DNA from: Dehalococcoidia bacterium
GTDB lineage: Bacteria > Chloroflexota > Dehalococcoidia > Plut-88900
DNA length: 64,000 nucleotides
NCBI GenBank assembly: GCA_965197645.1
Contig: OZ240219.1
Span: 160,001 to 224,000 of the forward strand
Reading direction: 5' to 3'
Position numbers and translations under genes: made by a program. Shown here piece after piece: positions 9,216-18,316 of this stretch. The notes below the pieces were generated by a model, which had not been told where the DNA came from, did no database searches, and saw only the letters and a program-made list of their open reading frames with translations. Position 1 is the stretch's first letter. Every line of letters begins with the position of its first letter.

Positions 9216-9431
9216 CTAGCGATTACGCCAATAAGCGAGAGCGAACAGAGCCGCGAAGGCAATGACAAAGGTCTAGCCGCCGCGGATGGCCGCGTCTACT
9301 GCGGTATCTACCGCGAGTTCGCCGTTGAGCGAATCGTGTAGCACTTCGGCCAGCGCTGTCCCCACGGTGAGCCCGAGGGCCCATAGTAGAGCGTTCTTGT
9401 TTGTGAAGTTTGTGAAGTTCAACTGCGCCAT
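9216..9431 (-). CDS. Small two-TM membrane protein carried in the intron, with an in-frame TAG at 9273-9275
   Basis: AAGGGAGG immediately before ATG; MAQLNFTNFTNKNALLWALGLTVGTALAEVLHDSLNGELAVDTAVDAAIRGG*TFVIAFAALFALAYWRNR*. Confidence 0.55.
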
Positions 9432-9522
9432 CCTCCCTTTGTGTGCTGACTGGTAGGATACCAAGTGTTGTCTAGCGGGGAGAACTTTGCGGTGGCCTCG
9501 GTCGTCCGAGACTTGACTCTAC

Positions 9523-9792
9523 CTACTGTTGCTTGCGCGGATTCCAACTACCGTTGTGGGCGTTTAGGTGACACGTCCGGCAGACCACGAGGGTCTTGCG
9601 TTTCCGCGCCGCCATGATCTGTACCCACTTGGGCTTGTCCCGTTGGCCTTTCACGTTCAGGTCGCGAAGGGCGCGGATGTGATGGACTTCTACATCCACC
9701 GTTGAGCCGCACATCTCGCATTCGTCCGCTAGGAGCCGTTTGATAAACTCGTTGCGTTCGCTCCTGTACCGCTGGGGCTTCTGGTCGGCGAG
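9523..9792 (-). pseudogene. C-terminal DNA-binding/HNH fragment of a group II intron-encoded RT/maturase (LtrA-like)
   Basis: LADQKPQRYRSERNEFIKRLLADECEMCGSTVDVEVHHIRALRDL...WVQIMAARKRKTLVVCRTCHLNAH; RT domain absent. Confidence 0.88.
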
Positions 9793-9796
9793 ACCT

Positions 9797-10597
9797 GCCT
9801 ACAGGTTGGCGGTGGACGAGGTCGAGCCGAATCGGATCACTCGCGTCATTGTTCTCTCGGACGGCGTTGGCAACGTGGGCAACACCGGCTCCGACTCGAT
9901 ACTGCGCCAAATCCGGGAATACGTCGATCAAGGCGTTACCCTCACCACCGTCGGCTTCGGCATGGGGAATTACAACGACATCCTGATGGAACAGCTGGCT
10001 AACGACGGGGACGGCGCCTACTACTACGTCGACACCGTCTCAGAGGCCCGGCGTATATTTGTCGACGACCTCACCGGGACCCTCCAGGTCATCGCCAAGG
10101 ACGCCAAGGTACAGGTCGAGTTCAACCCGGAGACCGTCAGCCGGTACCGACTGCTAGGCTACGAGAACCGGGACGTGGCCGATGAAGATTTCCGCAATGA
10201 CGCAGTCGACGCGGGCGAGATCGGCGCAGGACACAACGTGACCGCCCTCTACGAGCTGAAGCTCCGCGAAGCTGCGGAAGGCAGCCTGGGTACTGTCTAC
10301 ATGCGGTACGAGGACGTCGGGCTCAACGAAGTGGTCGAGATCAACCAGGAGTTCCAGCGCACCGCTCTGGCCACCTCATTCGAAGAAGCCTCTCCACGGT
10401 TCCAGCTCTCAGCTGTAGTGGCAGAGTTTGCCGAGGTCCTCAGAGGAAGTTACTGGGCCCAGGAGGGTAGCCTGCAGGCCGTGGCAGACGAGGCCCGTCG
10501 TGTCCAACGGCTCCTTCACGAATCTACGGAAGTCGCTGATTTTGCCAGCCTGGCGGCTAAGGCAGCTACACTGGACGGATCTGCTGATGACCGTTAA
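9797..10597 (+). pseudogene. 5'-truncated YfbK-like vWA/DUF3520 protein
   Basis: RVIVLSDG.GNVG, GFGMGNYND, IAKDAKVQVEFNP, YRLLGYENR, DAGEIGAGH; the N-terminal MIDAS DxSxS is missing. Confidence 0.8.
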
Positions 10598-10676
10598 CGG
10601 CTAAGGTGGCCGGTAGTAGCGGCGTAGGAGATGACGATTGGTCACCGATTTTGGGACTCTGTCTAAGGTTTACTCA

Positions 10677-10708
10677 TACGGGCGGCCCGGGTTTCCGGGC
10701 CGCCCGTA
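10677..10708. terminator. GC-rich hairpin between convergent genes
   Basis: TACGGGCGGCCCGG-GTTT-CCGGGCCGCCCGTA perfect 14-bp stem. Confidence 0.7.
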
Positions 10709-10763
10709 GCTGCGTGATCGGAGTTGGTGAACCGATGGAGCGGAGGGGTTTCGCCCGGCACTT

Positions 10764-12290
10764 CTAGGCCAGTCCACGGGGACGGTATTGCAGCGCCTCG
10801 GCGACGTGGGGTACCTCGATAGCGTCGGCGCCCGAGAGGTCGGCTATGGTGCGGGACAGCTTGAGAATCCGATGAAATGCCCTGGCGGAAAGCTGCAGCT
10901 GCCGGGTGGCCGTCTGAAGGAGGCCCTGGACACTATCGTCCATGCGGCATATCTCCCTCACCTCCATGGGACTCATGTCGGCGTTGGAGGCCGAATCCGA
11001 GTCGCGGAAGCGGGCCAGCTGGAGCTGTCGAGCCGCTTCGACGCGGTCCCTGGCCTTCTCCGACGACTCGGTCGTCTCGCTAGCCATCAGCTTCTCATAG
11101 TCGACCCTGGGCACCTCGACGAACATATCGATCCTATCGAGAAGGGGGCCGCTGATCCGCTTCTGATATCGCCCGACGAGGCTCGGGGCGCAGGAGCACT
11201 CCTTGTACGGGTCTCCGTAGAAACCGCAGGGGCACGGATTCATAGCGGCCACCAGCATGAAGTTGGCGGGAAAGGTGACCGTGCCCTGGGCGCGGCTGAT
11301 GGTAACCACCTTGTCTTCCAGCGGCTGGCGAAGCACCTCCAGGGTGTTGCGGCCGAACTCGGGCAGCTCGTCGAGGAAGAGGACTCCCCGATGACTCAAT
11401 GTGATCTCGCCCGGACGGGGCTGCCGTCCGCCGCCCACAAGGCCGGCGTGGGAGATGGTGTAATGGGGAGACCGGAAAGGCCTCTGGCTCATCAGCGGTT
11501 TGTTCGACGGAAGAAGGCCGCTGATGCTGTAGATCTTGGTAACAGTGAGGGCCTCCTCCGGAGTCATACCCGGCAGGATACCGGGGAGAGACCGGGCCAG
11601 TAGGGTCTTGCCGCTGCCGGGAGGTCCGGTCATTAGGATGTTATGGCCACCCGCAGCCGCTACCTCCATGGCCCGCTTCACGTGCTCCTGTCCTTTGATG
11701 TAGGCCATATCGAATTCCGGAGGCGCCGATTTGGAGTCGGCGCTCAACAGGTTGCCATCGAGTGCGAAAGGCTGGAGCTCTGTGTCCCCCCGCAGGTGGG
11801 CCACGACCTGGCCGAGGGACTCGACGGGATAGATGTCTATTCCCTTGATCAGGGCCGCCTCAGCCTTGTCGACATCGGGCACGAAGACCGCCGAGATGCC
11901 CTGGTCCCTGGCCATGGCCACCATGGGCAGGATGCCCTGGGTGTGTCGCACAGAGCCTTCCAGGGAAAGCTCACCCAGGAACACCAGGTCGGACACGTCA
12001 ACCCGGAGCTGTTGGGAGCTGGAGAGTATGCCGACGGCTATGGGCAGATCGTAGGCGGGTCCCTCTTTGCGAAGGTCCGCGGGCGCCAGGTTGACGGTGA
12101 TCCGCTTCATGGGAAAGTCACAGCCGGAGTTTCTGATGGCCGCTCGGACCCGCTCTCGAGATTCCTGCACCATAGTATCGGGCAGGCCTACGACGGAGAA
12201 GGAGGGGAGGCCGGGGGATATGTCGGCTTCCACCTCCACGATGGCTCCCTCCAGGCCGACTATGGCGCAGCTTCTAGCCTTGGCAAGCAT
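10764..12290 (-). CDS. comM: YifB/ComM Mg-chelatase-like AAA+ ATPase
   Basis: VGLPD, NLAPADLRKEG, GPPGSGKT, FLDELPEF, MNPCPCG. Confidence 0.95.
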   Translation of the reverse strand: MLAKARSCAIVGLEGAIVEVEADISPGLPSFSVVGLPDTMVQESRERVRAAIRNSGCDFPMKRITVNLAPADLRKEGPAYDLPIAVGILSSSQQLRVDVSDLVFLGELSLEGSVRHTQGILPMVAMARDQGISAVFVPDVDKAEAALIKGIDIYPVESLGQVVAHLRGDTELQPFALDGNLLSADSKSAPPEFDMAYIKGQEHVKRAMEVAAAGGHNILMTGPPGSGKTLLARSLPGILPGMTPEEALTVTKIYSISGLLPSNKPLMSQRPFRSPHYTISHAGLVGGGRQPRPGEITLSHRGVLFLDELPEFGRNTLEVLRQPLEDKVVTISRAQGTVTFPANFMLVAAMNPCPCGFYGDPYKECSCAPSLVGRYQKRISGPLLDRIDMFVEVPRVDYEKLMASETTESSEKARDRVEAARQLQLARFRDSDSASNADMSPMEVREICRMDDSVQGLLQTATRQLQLSARAFHRILKLSRTIADLSGADAIEVPHVAEALQYRPRGLA

Positions 12291-12311
12291 TCCTCTATCT
12301 CGATGGGGCCG

Positions 12312-13244
12312 TCAACCGGCCAGCCGGTCCACGAGCTTCCTGAAGCTCCTTATCGTTTCGATATGGCCCTCCACCGAGTCCAGTCCGATACCCATGGTGG
12401 TTAGATAGTATTGAGTGGCGCCCACGGCCCGCCAGGCTTCTATCTCGTCCTCGACGTCGGCGTCGTAGGGGGAAGATAGGACCGCAATCTCGATGTCGGC
12501 AGGGTCTCTACCGGCGTTCCGAGCCGCTTCGTGAATTGTTTCGATTTTCAGTTTCGCCTCGTTATCGGGAGGCATGATGGCAGGCAGATCGGGACCGTCC
12601 GGGTCTACCGCCCAACGGGACCCTACGCTTCCTGAAGCGGCCGTGGGAATCCAGCCATCTCCAATGCGACCGGTCCGTTCCAGCACCGGTTCGGAGTGTC
12701 CCCCGAACCAGATGGGTATGGGGCGTTGAACGGGGAGAGGATTTAGTCCAGCAGACCTCACCTTGTTCCACTGTCCCTGATAATCTACCATCTTCTGGGT
12801 CCACAGCTTGCGCATCAAGCTGATCTGCTCCTCGGACCGGCGCCCCCGGTTGCGGAAGATTTCGCCCAGGGCGTCGAACTCAACGGGATTCCATCCTGCG
12901 CCTATACCCAGAACCAGCCGGCCGCGGCTGAGCAGATCGACTTCGGCGGCCTGCTTGGCAACCAGCACGGTCTGGCGCTGAGGCAGGATCACGATGCCCG
13001 TCACCAGCTTGATCTGCGTGGTAATAGCGGCCATGTAGCCCATGAGCACCATGATCTCGTGGAAGGCGTCGTCGATATCGTAGGTGAAGTCCACCTCGGG
13101 ATACCGATCTCGAACGGCTCCTATGACGTGATCGAAGATCATCACGCCGTGAAAGCCCAGCTTCTCCGCCTCGAGGACGAAATCTCGAACGGGGCCGGGG
13201 TCGGCGCCGATCTCAGTCTGCGGAAAGACAACTCCGAACTTCAT
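12312..13244 (-). CDS. LLM class, probably F420-dependent oxidoreductase
   Basis: FDHV, ILPQRQTVLVAKQAAEVD, GIGAGWN, IWFGG. Confidence 0.9.
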   Translation of the reverse strand: MKFGVVFPQTEIGADPGPVRDFVLEAEKLGFHGVMIFDHVIGAVRDRYPEVDFTYDIDDAFHEIMVLMGYMAAITTQIKLVTGIVILPQRQTVLVAKQAAEVDLLSRGRLVLGIGAGWNPVEFDALGEIFRNRGRRSEEQISLMRKLWTQKMVDYQGQWNKVRSAGLNPLPVQRPIPIWFGGHSEPVLERTGRIGDGWIPTAASGSVGSRWAVDPDGPDLPAIMPPDNEAKLKIETIHEAARNAGRDPADIEIAVLSSPYDADVEDEIEAWRAVGATQYYLTTMGIGLDSVEGHIETIRSFRKLVDRLAG

Positions 13245-13279
13245 CGTCAACCTCCCGGTTCCCTACTGTACATTTCCGC

Positions 13280-14191
13280 CTATTCAGATTCGAAGTCGGG
13301 GACGCGTACCTGGACGCCGGCCTTCTCTTCCTGGAGTATCTCGGCGGCGCTGGAGTCCCGTTCGCCCCAGCCTCGGGACATGGCTTCCAGCAGTATCTGC
13401 TCCGCCAGGCTGTTCAAGGGCATCGTCACTTCGGTCTCTCGTGCCAGCTGCACGGCGAGAGACTGGTCCTTCGAAGAGAGCTTCAATGCGAAACTCGCCG
13501 GATCGAACTTACCCGCGAAGAGGTTCTCCCCGAACCCCTCGACCGGGGTGTGCCGGCCGAACATTCCCCACCTGACCGCTCTCCACATCTTCATGGGATC
13601 TACGCCGGCCTTCACACCCAACGTGAACCCCTCGACTACGGCCAACCTAGTGGTGGCGCCGACGGCATTATGCACCAGCTTGCACACCGAACCCGTGCCG
13701 ATGGGCCCAGTGTGGATGATCTTGTCTCCCAGGTGCTCCAACAGGGGTCTGGCGCGCTCGAAAACGTCATCGTCGCCACCGACCATGAGGACCATGACCC
13801 TGCTGGCGGCGCCCACCTGGCCGCCGCTCACTGGAGAATCGAGAACACCGACCCCCTTCTCCTTGAAGGCGTCGTAGACCTTGCGGGCCGTGTTGGGAGA
13901 GATGCTGGAGAGATCAACGTAGGTAGACCCGGGGCTGGTTCCGTGAATGATGCCATGTTCCCCCAGCGCCACCTCTTCCACCTCCGGCGGGCCGGGCAGC
14001 GATGTGAACACGGTCTCGCTGGCCTGGGCTACCTCCCTCGGCGAGTCGGCCCACACCGCGCCGTGCTCTTCGATTAACGAGGTCGCCGCCTCTCGACGCT
14101 GATCGAACACGGTGACCGTGTACCCGTCGGTCAGCAGGTTGCGGGCCATCGGCTCGCCCATGTTACCGAGACCAATGTATCCAACGTTCAT
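13280..14191 (-). CDS. 3-hydroxyisobutyrate dehydrogenase-family NAD(P) oxidoreductase
   Basis: GYIGLGNMG, DSPVSGG, KLVHN. Confidence 0.92.
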   Translation of the reverse strand: MNVGYIGLGNMGEPMARNLLTDGYTVTVFDQRREAATSLIEEHGAVWADSPREVAQASETVFTSLPGPPEVEEVALGEHGIIHGTSPGSTYVDLSSISPNTARKVYDAFKEKGVGVLDSPVSGGQVGAASRVMVLMVGGDDDVFERARPLLEHLGDKIIHTGPIGTGSVCKLVHNAVGATTRLAVVEGFTLGVKAGVDPMKMWRAVRWGMFGRHTPVEGFGENLFAGKFDPASFALKLSSKDQSLAVQLARETEVTMPLNSLAEQILLEAMSRGWGERDSSAAEILQEEKAGVQVRVPDFESE

Positions 14192-14327
14192 AGACCGCTC
14201 CTTCATCTGACGTGTCGTTCGTCTCCATGAAGTCCCTCGGGGCGCGGTCATTATATCAGCTTGACGCTAGGACACCCGCCGGCAGGTAAGTGGGACTCGG
14301 CTAGCGAGTTAGTAATTGTGGCATCTC

Positions 14328-15062
14328 TCACGGAGTGATCGACCTACTCGTAAGGTCGGCTTCAAACTCCTGGAGAATTGCGCCAATACAATCAAGAATT
14401 CTGTTGGTTTCTCCAACGAAGATGTCATGCTTGCCAAGCATCATATTGTCTCCCTGAACAGGATAGTAGAACTCATTGAGCAATCTCCTAGGAGTCATGC
14501 CAATTACGACCTGACCTTCCCAAAGTTGGTCCTCCGTTATGCCTCTGGCCCACGATCTGCGGGGGTGTACGTACTCATTCCTCTGTTTATCGATCCGTTT
14601 CGTAATTTTCTGGTACACATTTGTGCTGTGAAGCTTGCCGACCTCCATACGCCTTTCAGTTTCCGCTATGTACACATTCGAAGTCTGCCTGATCACACTA
14701 TCTGTACGCTCTGCCAATGTAACTGCATGAATGGACCAGGAGCGAACGTGGTAATCATCTCGCATCCCAGCTTCGCAGCTCGCCAGTCCAACATTTTCCT
14801 CCGCGGTCAAAGCTGTGGCTGCCACCTGTACCATCCCCACTTGCATAGTTAGCTCTACACACGCCTCCAGTAAGTGGTGCCACTTCGAGGACAATGGTTG
14901 CTTTGGCTTACGTCCAGTGCTGTATTGTTGAGGCATGATCAACCCTAATCCTTGCAATCGATACTCAGATTCGAGTCTACTAACGAACTCTGGATCCAGC
15001 TTCCTCAAGGCTTCTTTAGCGTCCTCCCAACGGTGATGAACGAAATCAGCAATCGAGGTCAC
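14328..15062 (-). CDS. Hypothetical protein, putative HEPN domain (RxxxxH)
   Basis: Lower GC, helical-looking, RNEYVH motif; GTG start inferred after AGGACAGGTG. Confidence 0.55.
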   Translation of the reverse strand: MTSIADFVHHRWEDAKEALRKLDPEFVSRLESEYRLQGLGLIMPQQYSTGRKPKQPLSSKWHHLLEACVELTMQVGMVQVAATALTAEENVGLASCEAGMRDDYHVRSWSIHAVTLAERTDSVIRQTSNVYIAETERRMEVGKLHSTNVYQKITKRIDKQRNEYVHPRRSWARGITEDQLWEGQVVIGMTPRRLLNEFYYPVQGDNMMLGKHDIFVGETNRILDCIGAILQEFEADLTSRSITP

Positions 15063-15166
15063 AGTTTCACCTGTCCTTGTACGTTGTAGCTTACGGTTTT
15101 CAAACTGACTTTGTCGCGAAAAATGAAGTCTGGCCGGCAGCACCAATGAGAAGGGGGGCCACTCCC

Positions 15167-15202
15167 AGATTCCTAGCTTCCCGAGATCGGTTCGGGATGA
15201 CA
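15167..15202. repeat. REP-like half element (family C)
   Basis: AGATTCC...TTCGGGATGACA resembles the right arm of 27554-27733. Confidence 0.5.
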
Positions 15203-15238
15203 GAGGGCTATTAACCCCTTCATCCGCGCGTAGCGCAG

Positions 15239-15595
15239 CTACAGGTAGGTGGTGACCTTGTCGGAGAAAGGGTCGGTTACCGGGAAGAAGACCAGGATCT
15301 TGGCCGGGCTGTCCCCGACGACGGTGAACCCGTGGTGGGCCCCGGCGGGAACGGCGATGGTGTGGTCACTGCCGATCACCTGTGTTGCGTCGCCCAGGGT
15401 GGCCTCTACCGAGCCTTCGACAACGACCAGGAACTCATCGGCCTCGTGATAGTGAGGCGGAGCGCCCGAACCGGGCTCGACTACGTGCAGGTCCAGGGTG
15501 CAGGTGAACCCGGACTCTTCGCCGCCCAGGAGGAACCTCCTGTACTCGGGTCTCCAGGTCTCTTCGGGTGCGTTGCTGTGGTCTACGATGGACAC
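15239..15595 (-). CDS. Cupin domain protein
   Basis: PPHYHEADE...VPAGAHHGF. Confidence 0.9.
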   Translation of the reverse strand: MSIVDHSNAPEETWRPEYRRFLLGGEESGFTCTLDLHVVEPGSGAPPHYHEADEFLVVVEGSVEATLGDATQVIGSDHTIAVPAGAHHGFTVVGDSPAKILVFFPVTDPFSDKVTTYL

Positions 15596-15625
15596 GTATC
15601 TGTTACCCCCTTGCCAGCCTGATGC

Positions 15626-16786
15626 CTACTCTGAACCGTTACCGACGGCGAGATGAAAGAGGTCTATGGCCGTCTCCCCTGCCACCTTGCCCTGGTCCTC
15701 CTCGGGCAGGCCGGAAAGGGTCTTCCTCAGATGCTTTACCGGGTCGGTAGGGGAGTCGGAGTGGGGATAGTCGTAGGCCCACATCAGTTTGTCTGCACCC
15801 AGCAGGTCTATGGCTATGGGGCCGAACTCGTCGTCGGGGTCCATGTCCACCCAGCACTGGCGCTTGAAGTACTCGCTGGGCTTCATCTTCATCGGAGTGG
15901 TGAAGCCCAGCACCTCGAACTTCTCGTCCATTCGCCCCAGCATGTAGGGAACCCACAAGCAGCCCGACTCGAGCACGACTAGCTTGAGGTCGGGAAACCG
16001 GTCGAAAACGCCGCCCTGAAAGAAGCCGAGGAAGCCCAACTGGACATCCAGAGCGCTGTTGGTGAACCCCCACCAGTGGACAGTCTTCAGATCGGGATAA
16101 AGTATGCTGCTCGGACTCGTCCCTCCCGATCCCGGATGGAGACTGATGGGCAGGTCCTGGTCTTGGTATGCCTGCCATATCGGGTCCCAGGACTGTTCTC
16201 CGTAGGAGATATCGTGGGGGGCGGAGGCGGGAGTCATTATCGACCTGGGACCGATGTCCTCGGTGCGCTTCAACTCCGCCACGCTTTCCGGAACGCTGGA
16301 CCAGGGTAAGGTGAGGGCGGGATACAGCCGGTCGGGGTAGGCGCTGCAAAAGTCGATGATCCAATCGTTGTAGACGCGGCAGTAGGCGGTGGCCAGTCCG
16401 GGATCCCGGGTAACTCCCATCCAGGAGAGGCCCAAAGAGGGGAACAGGATGGAAGCGTCGATCTCCTCCTCGTCCATCAGGGCTACCCGTTTTTGGGGAT
16501 CGCCGCCGGCGGGACTCATGGACCGGCCATCCTCCCAGCTTATAGAGTGCTTTTCGAAGAGGTTCTCCCGACGCCACTCGGCGCTTTTGCCGATGGTCGC
16601 CAGGTTGGCTGAGGTGTGGTCCCGAAGCTTGGCGTTGATCTGACCATCGACGGTCCAGCACTCGAGGCCCTGATCATCCTGGATGAAGCGCATAGCCCGG
16701 TCCCGGTACCTGGGGGCGATGTTGTCCACCCACAGGTTGGGAGGCTCAAGGATGTGACCGTCTATATCGATGTATTTCATACCCAT
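15626..16786 (-). CDS. Amidohydrolase family 2 protein
   Basis: DIDGHILE, YNDW, LESG, WAYDYPH. Confidence 0.9.
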   Translation of the reverse strand: MGMKYIDIDGHILEPPNLWVDNIAPRYRDRAMRFIQDDQGLECWTVDGQINAKLRDHTSANLATIGKSAEWRRENLFEKHSISWEDGRSMSPAGGDPQKRVALMDEEEIDASILFPSLGLSWMGVTRDPGLATAYCRVYNDWIIDFCSAYPDRLYPALTLPWSSVPESVAELKRTEDIGPRSIMTPASAPHDISYGEQSWDPIWQAYQDQDLPISLHPGSGGTSPSSILYPDLKTVHWWGFTNSALDVQLGFLGFFQGGVFDRFPDLKLVVLESGCLWVPYMLGRMDEKFEVLGFTTPMKMKPSEYFKRQCWVDMDPDDEFGPIAIDLLGADKLMWAYDYPHSDSPTDPVKHLRKTLSGLPEEDQGKVAGETAIDLFHLAVGNGSE

Positions 16787-16801
16787 CTATCCCTTCTTGG
16801 T

Positions 16802-17656
16802 TCATCGACCGGCAGTGGCCATCAGGTAGTCGGACGGTAGGACGAACTTGTCTCCTCGAACGTAGTCTTCGGAGATCCGCAGGTACTCCGACAAAGCTGC
16901 GGCCCTCTGGTCGTCATTCAGGGCCTCGAGCAGCATGGTAAACATGCCCGCTCCACGCTGAAACCCCTCCCAGAAATCCATGGCTGTGTCCGTAGTGATC
17001 GAGCTTTCCACCAGCTCCACCTTCACCCCAGAAAAACCGGCATCCTCCAGCAACTTCTCCAGCACCCCGGGAGTTCCCAGGCGTGTGATGTAGCCGTAAT
17101 CGATGGGCAGCGAATCTCCGCCGGCGGATCGAAGGCTTCGGGCCAGCACCCCGAGAAACACCGACCGATCGGGGGTAGCCCAGACCCTCAACGCCAACCT
17201 GCCGCCGGGTTTCAACACCCTGGCCATCTCGGACGCGGCCAGCTCCGGATCGGGTATGTGCATCAGGCCGTAGGAGCAGAGCACGGCGTCGAAGGATGCG
17301 TCGGCGAACTCCAGCCGCTCGGCATCCATCACCTGGAACCGGGCCGGGCTGCCGACCTTTCCGGCGTTGGATGTGGCCTCGCCCCGCATAGCCGGCGAGA
17401 GGTCCACCCCGATGGTGGTACCCTCCGGGCCGGCCAGCCTGGAGGCCTCGATGGTGAGCCATCCGGGCCCGCAGCAGATGTCCAGTATGGCGCCGCCGGT
17501 CGAGACGTTGATCGAGGACAGGAGCCGTCTCCTGCCCTCGTCGGCGCCCTCGCTGTCCCCGGCGCCATAGGTTGTGGCGACGCGGTCGTAGCTTTTTCGT
17601 TCGAAGGACTTGATCGTCTTCCCGTCGGCGACCTTCACCGGTATAGGTTCAGTCAT
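16802..17656 (-). CDS. Class I SAM-dependent methyltransferase (UbiE-like)
   Basis: LDICCGPG, GVDLS, MDAERL, RVLKPGG. Confidence 0.9.
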   Translation of the reverse strand: MTEPIPVKVADGKTIKSFERKSYDRVATTYGAGDSEGADEGRRRLLSSINVSTGGAILDICCGPGWLTIEASRLAGPEGTTIGVDLSPAMRGEATSNAGKVGSPARFQVMDAERLEFADASFDAVLCSYGLMHIPDPELAASEMARVLKPGGRLALRVWATPDRSVFLGVLARSLRSAGGDSLPIDYGYITRLGTPGVLEKLLEDAGFSGVKVELVESSITTDTAMDFWEGFQRGAGMFTMLLEALNDDQRAAALSEYLRISEDYVRGDKFVLPSDYLMATAGR

Positions 17657-17670
17657 CGGTCCTCCTGAGT

Positions 17671-18177
17671 CTAACCCCCGTAGAACACCTTCTCGCCCAG
17701 ATCACGCATCCAAAGGGTTGCCTCGTCGACGCGGCCCTCGCCCAGGTCCTGGCGCACGCCCGCTTCGACCACTTCGCCGATAAATATGGAGTGGTCGCCC
17801 TTCTCTACCGTATCGGTGAGCTTGCACTCGAACCAGGCCGGCGTGCTCAGCAGGACAGGTGCGCCGGAGGCGCCCTTCTCAAAGGCTTCTCCACCTATCG
17901 AGTCGCCGTCCCGCTCGTGGGACTTGAAGAAGTTGAAGGCGAGCCCCTGCTGTCCCTTGCCCAACACGTTAACGGCGAAGGTCCCGCACTCCTTGATGAT
18001 GGAATGGGCCCCTGAGTCTGCCTTCACGCCTAAGGCCACCTGGGGCGGTGCGAAAGAGGACTGGGTTAGCCAGTTGACCGTGGCTGCGGCCACGGCGCCG
18101 TCGCTTCCCTCTGCGGTGAGGATGTACATACCGTAGGGGATCATCCTCAGGGCGGTCTTCTTTGCGTCTTCGTCCAT
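17671..18177 (-). CDS. Flavin reductase-like protein
   Basis: SFAPP, FAVNVL, GDHSIFIGEV. Confidence 0.92.
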   Translation of the reverse strand: MDEDAKKTALRMIPYGMYILTAEGSDGAVAAATVNWLTQSSFAPPQVALGVKADSGAHSIIKECGTFAVNVLGKGQQGLAFNFFKSHERDGDSIGGEAFEKGASGAPVLLSTPAWFECKLTDTVEKGDHSIFIGEVVEAGVRQDLGEGRVDEATLWMRDLGEKVFYGG

Positions 18178-18316
18178 GCTTCTCTCCTCCTATGCGTGGG
18201 GAGGTAGGAACAAATCTGTGCCATTTCCCCAATTTGGGTGTATTATATCAGACGCATTATTGGGCGAAACGGTAGGCAGCCCGAAAAGTCCGACTAGGCG
18301 GTAGGAGGAGACCCCA

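Larger units (their letters stand above)
9070..9795 (-). mobile_element. Group II intron, 3' portion only (ML/IIA-like): maturase tail, cargo insert, domains V and VI
   Basis: DV at 9133-9166 GAGCCGGATGCGGTGAAAGCCGCACGTCCGGTTC (AGC triad, GAAA loop, AC bulge); extended DVI ending CTCTACCTTAC at 9070. Confidence 0.92.

Noticed and set aside
9070-9795. Active retroelement, retron or DGR
   Set aside because: No RT domain, intron 5' end (GUGYG/DI-DIII), msr-msd or TR/VR pair is present; it is a truncated intron.
14316-14852. 178-aa plus-strand ORF
   Set aside because: Antisense shadow of the longer minus-strand ORF, with no RBS or motif.
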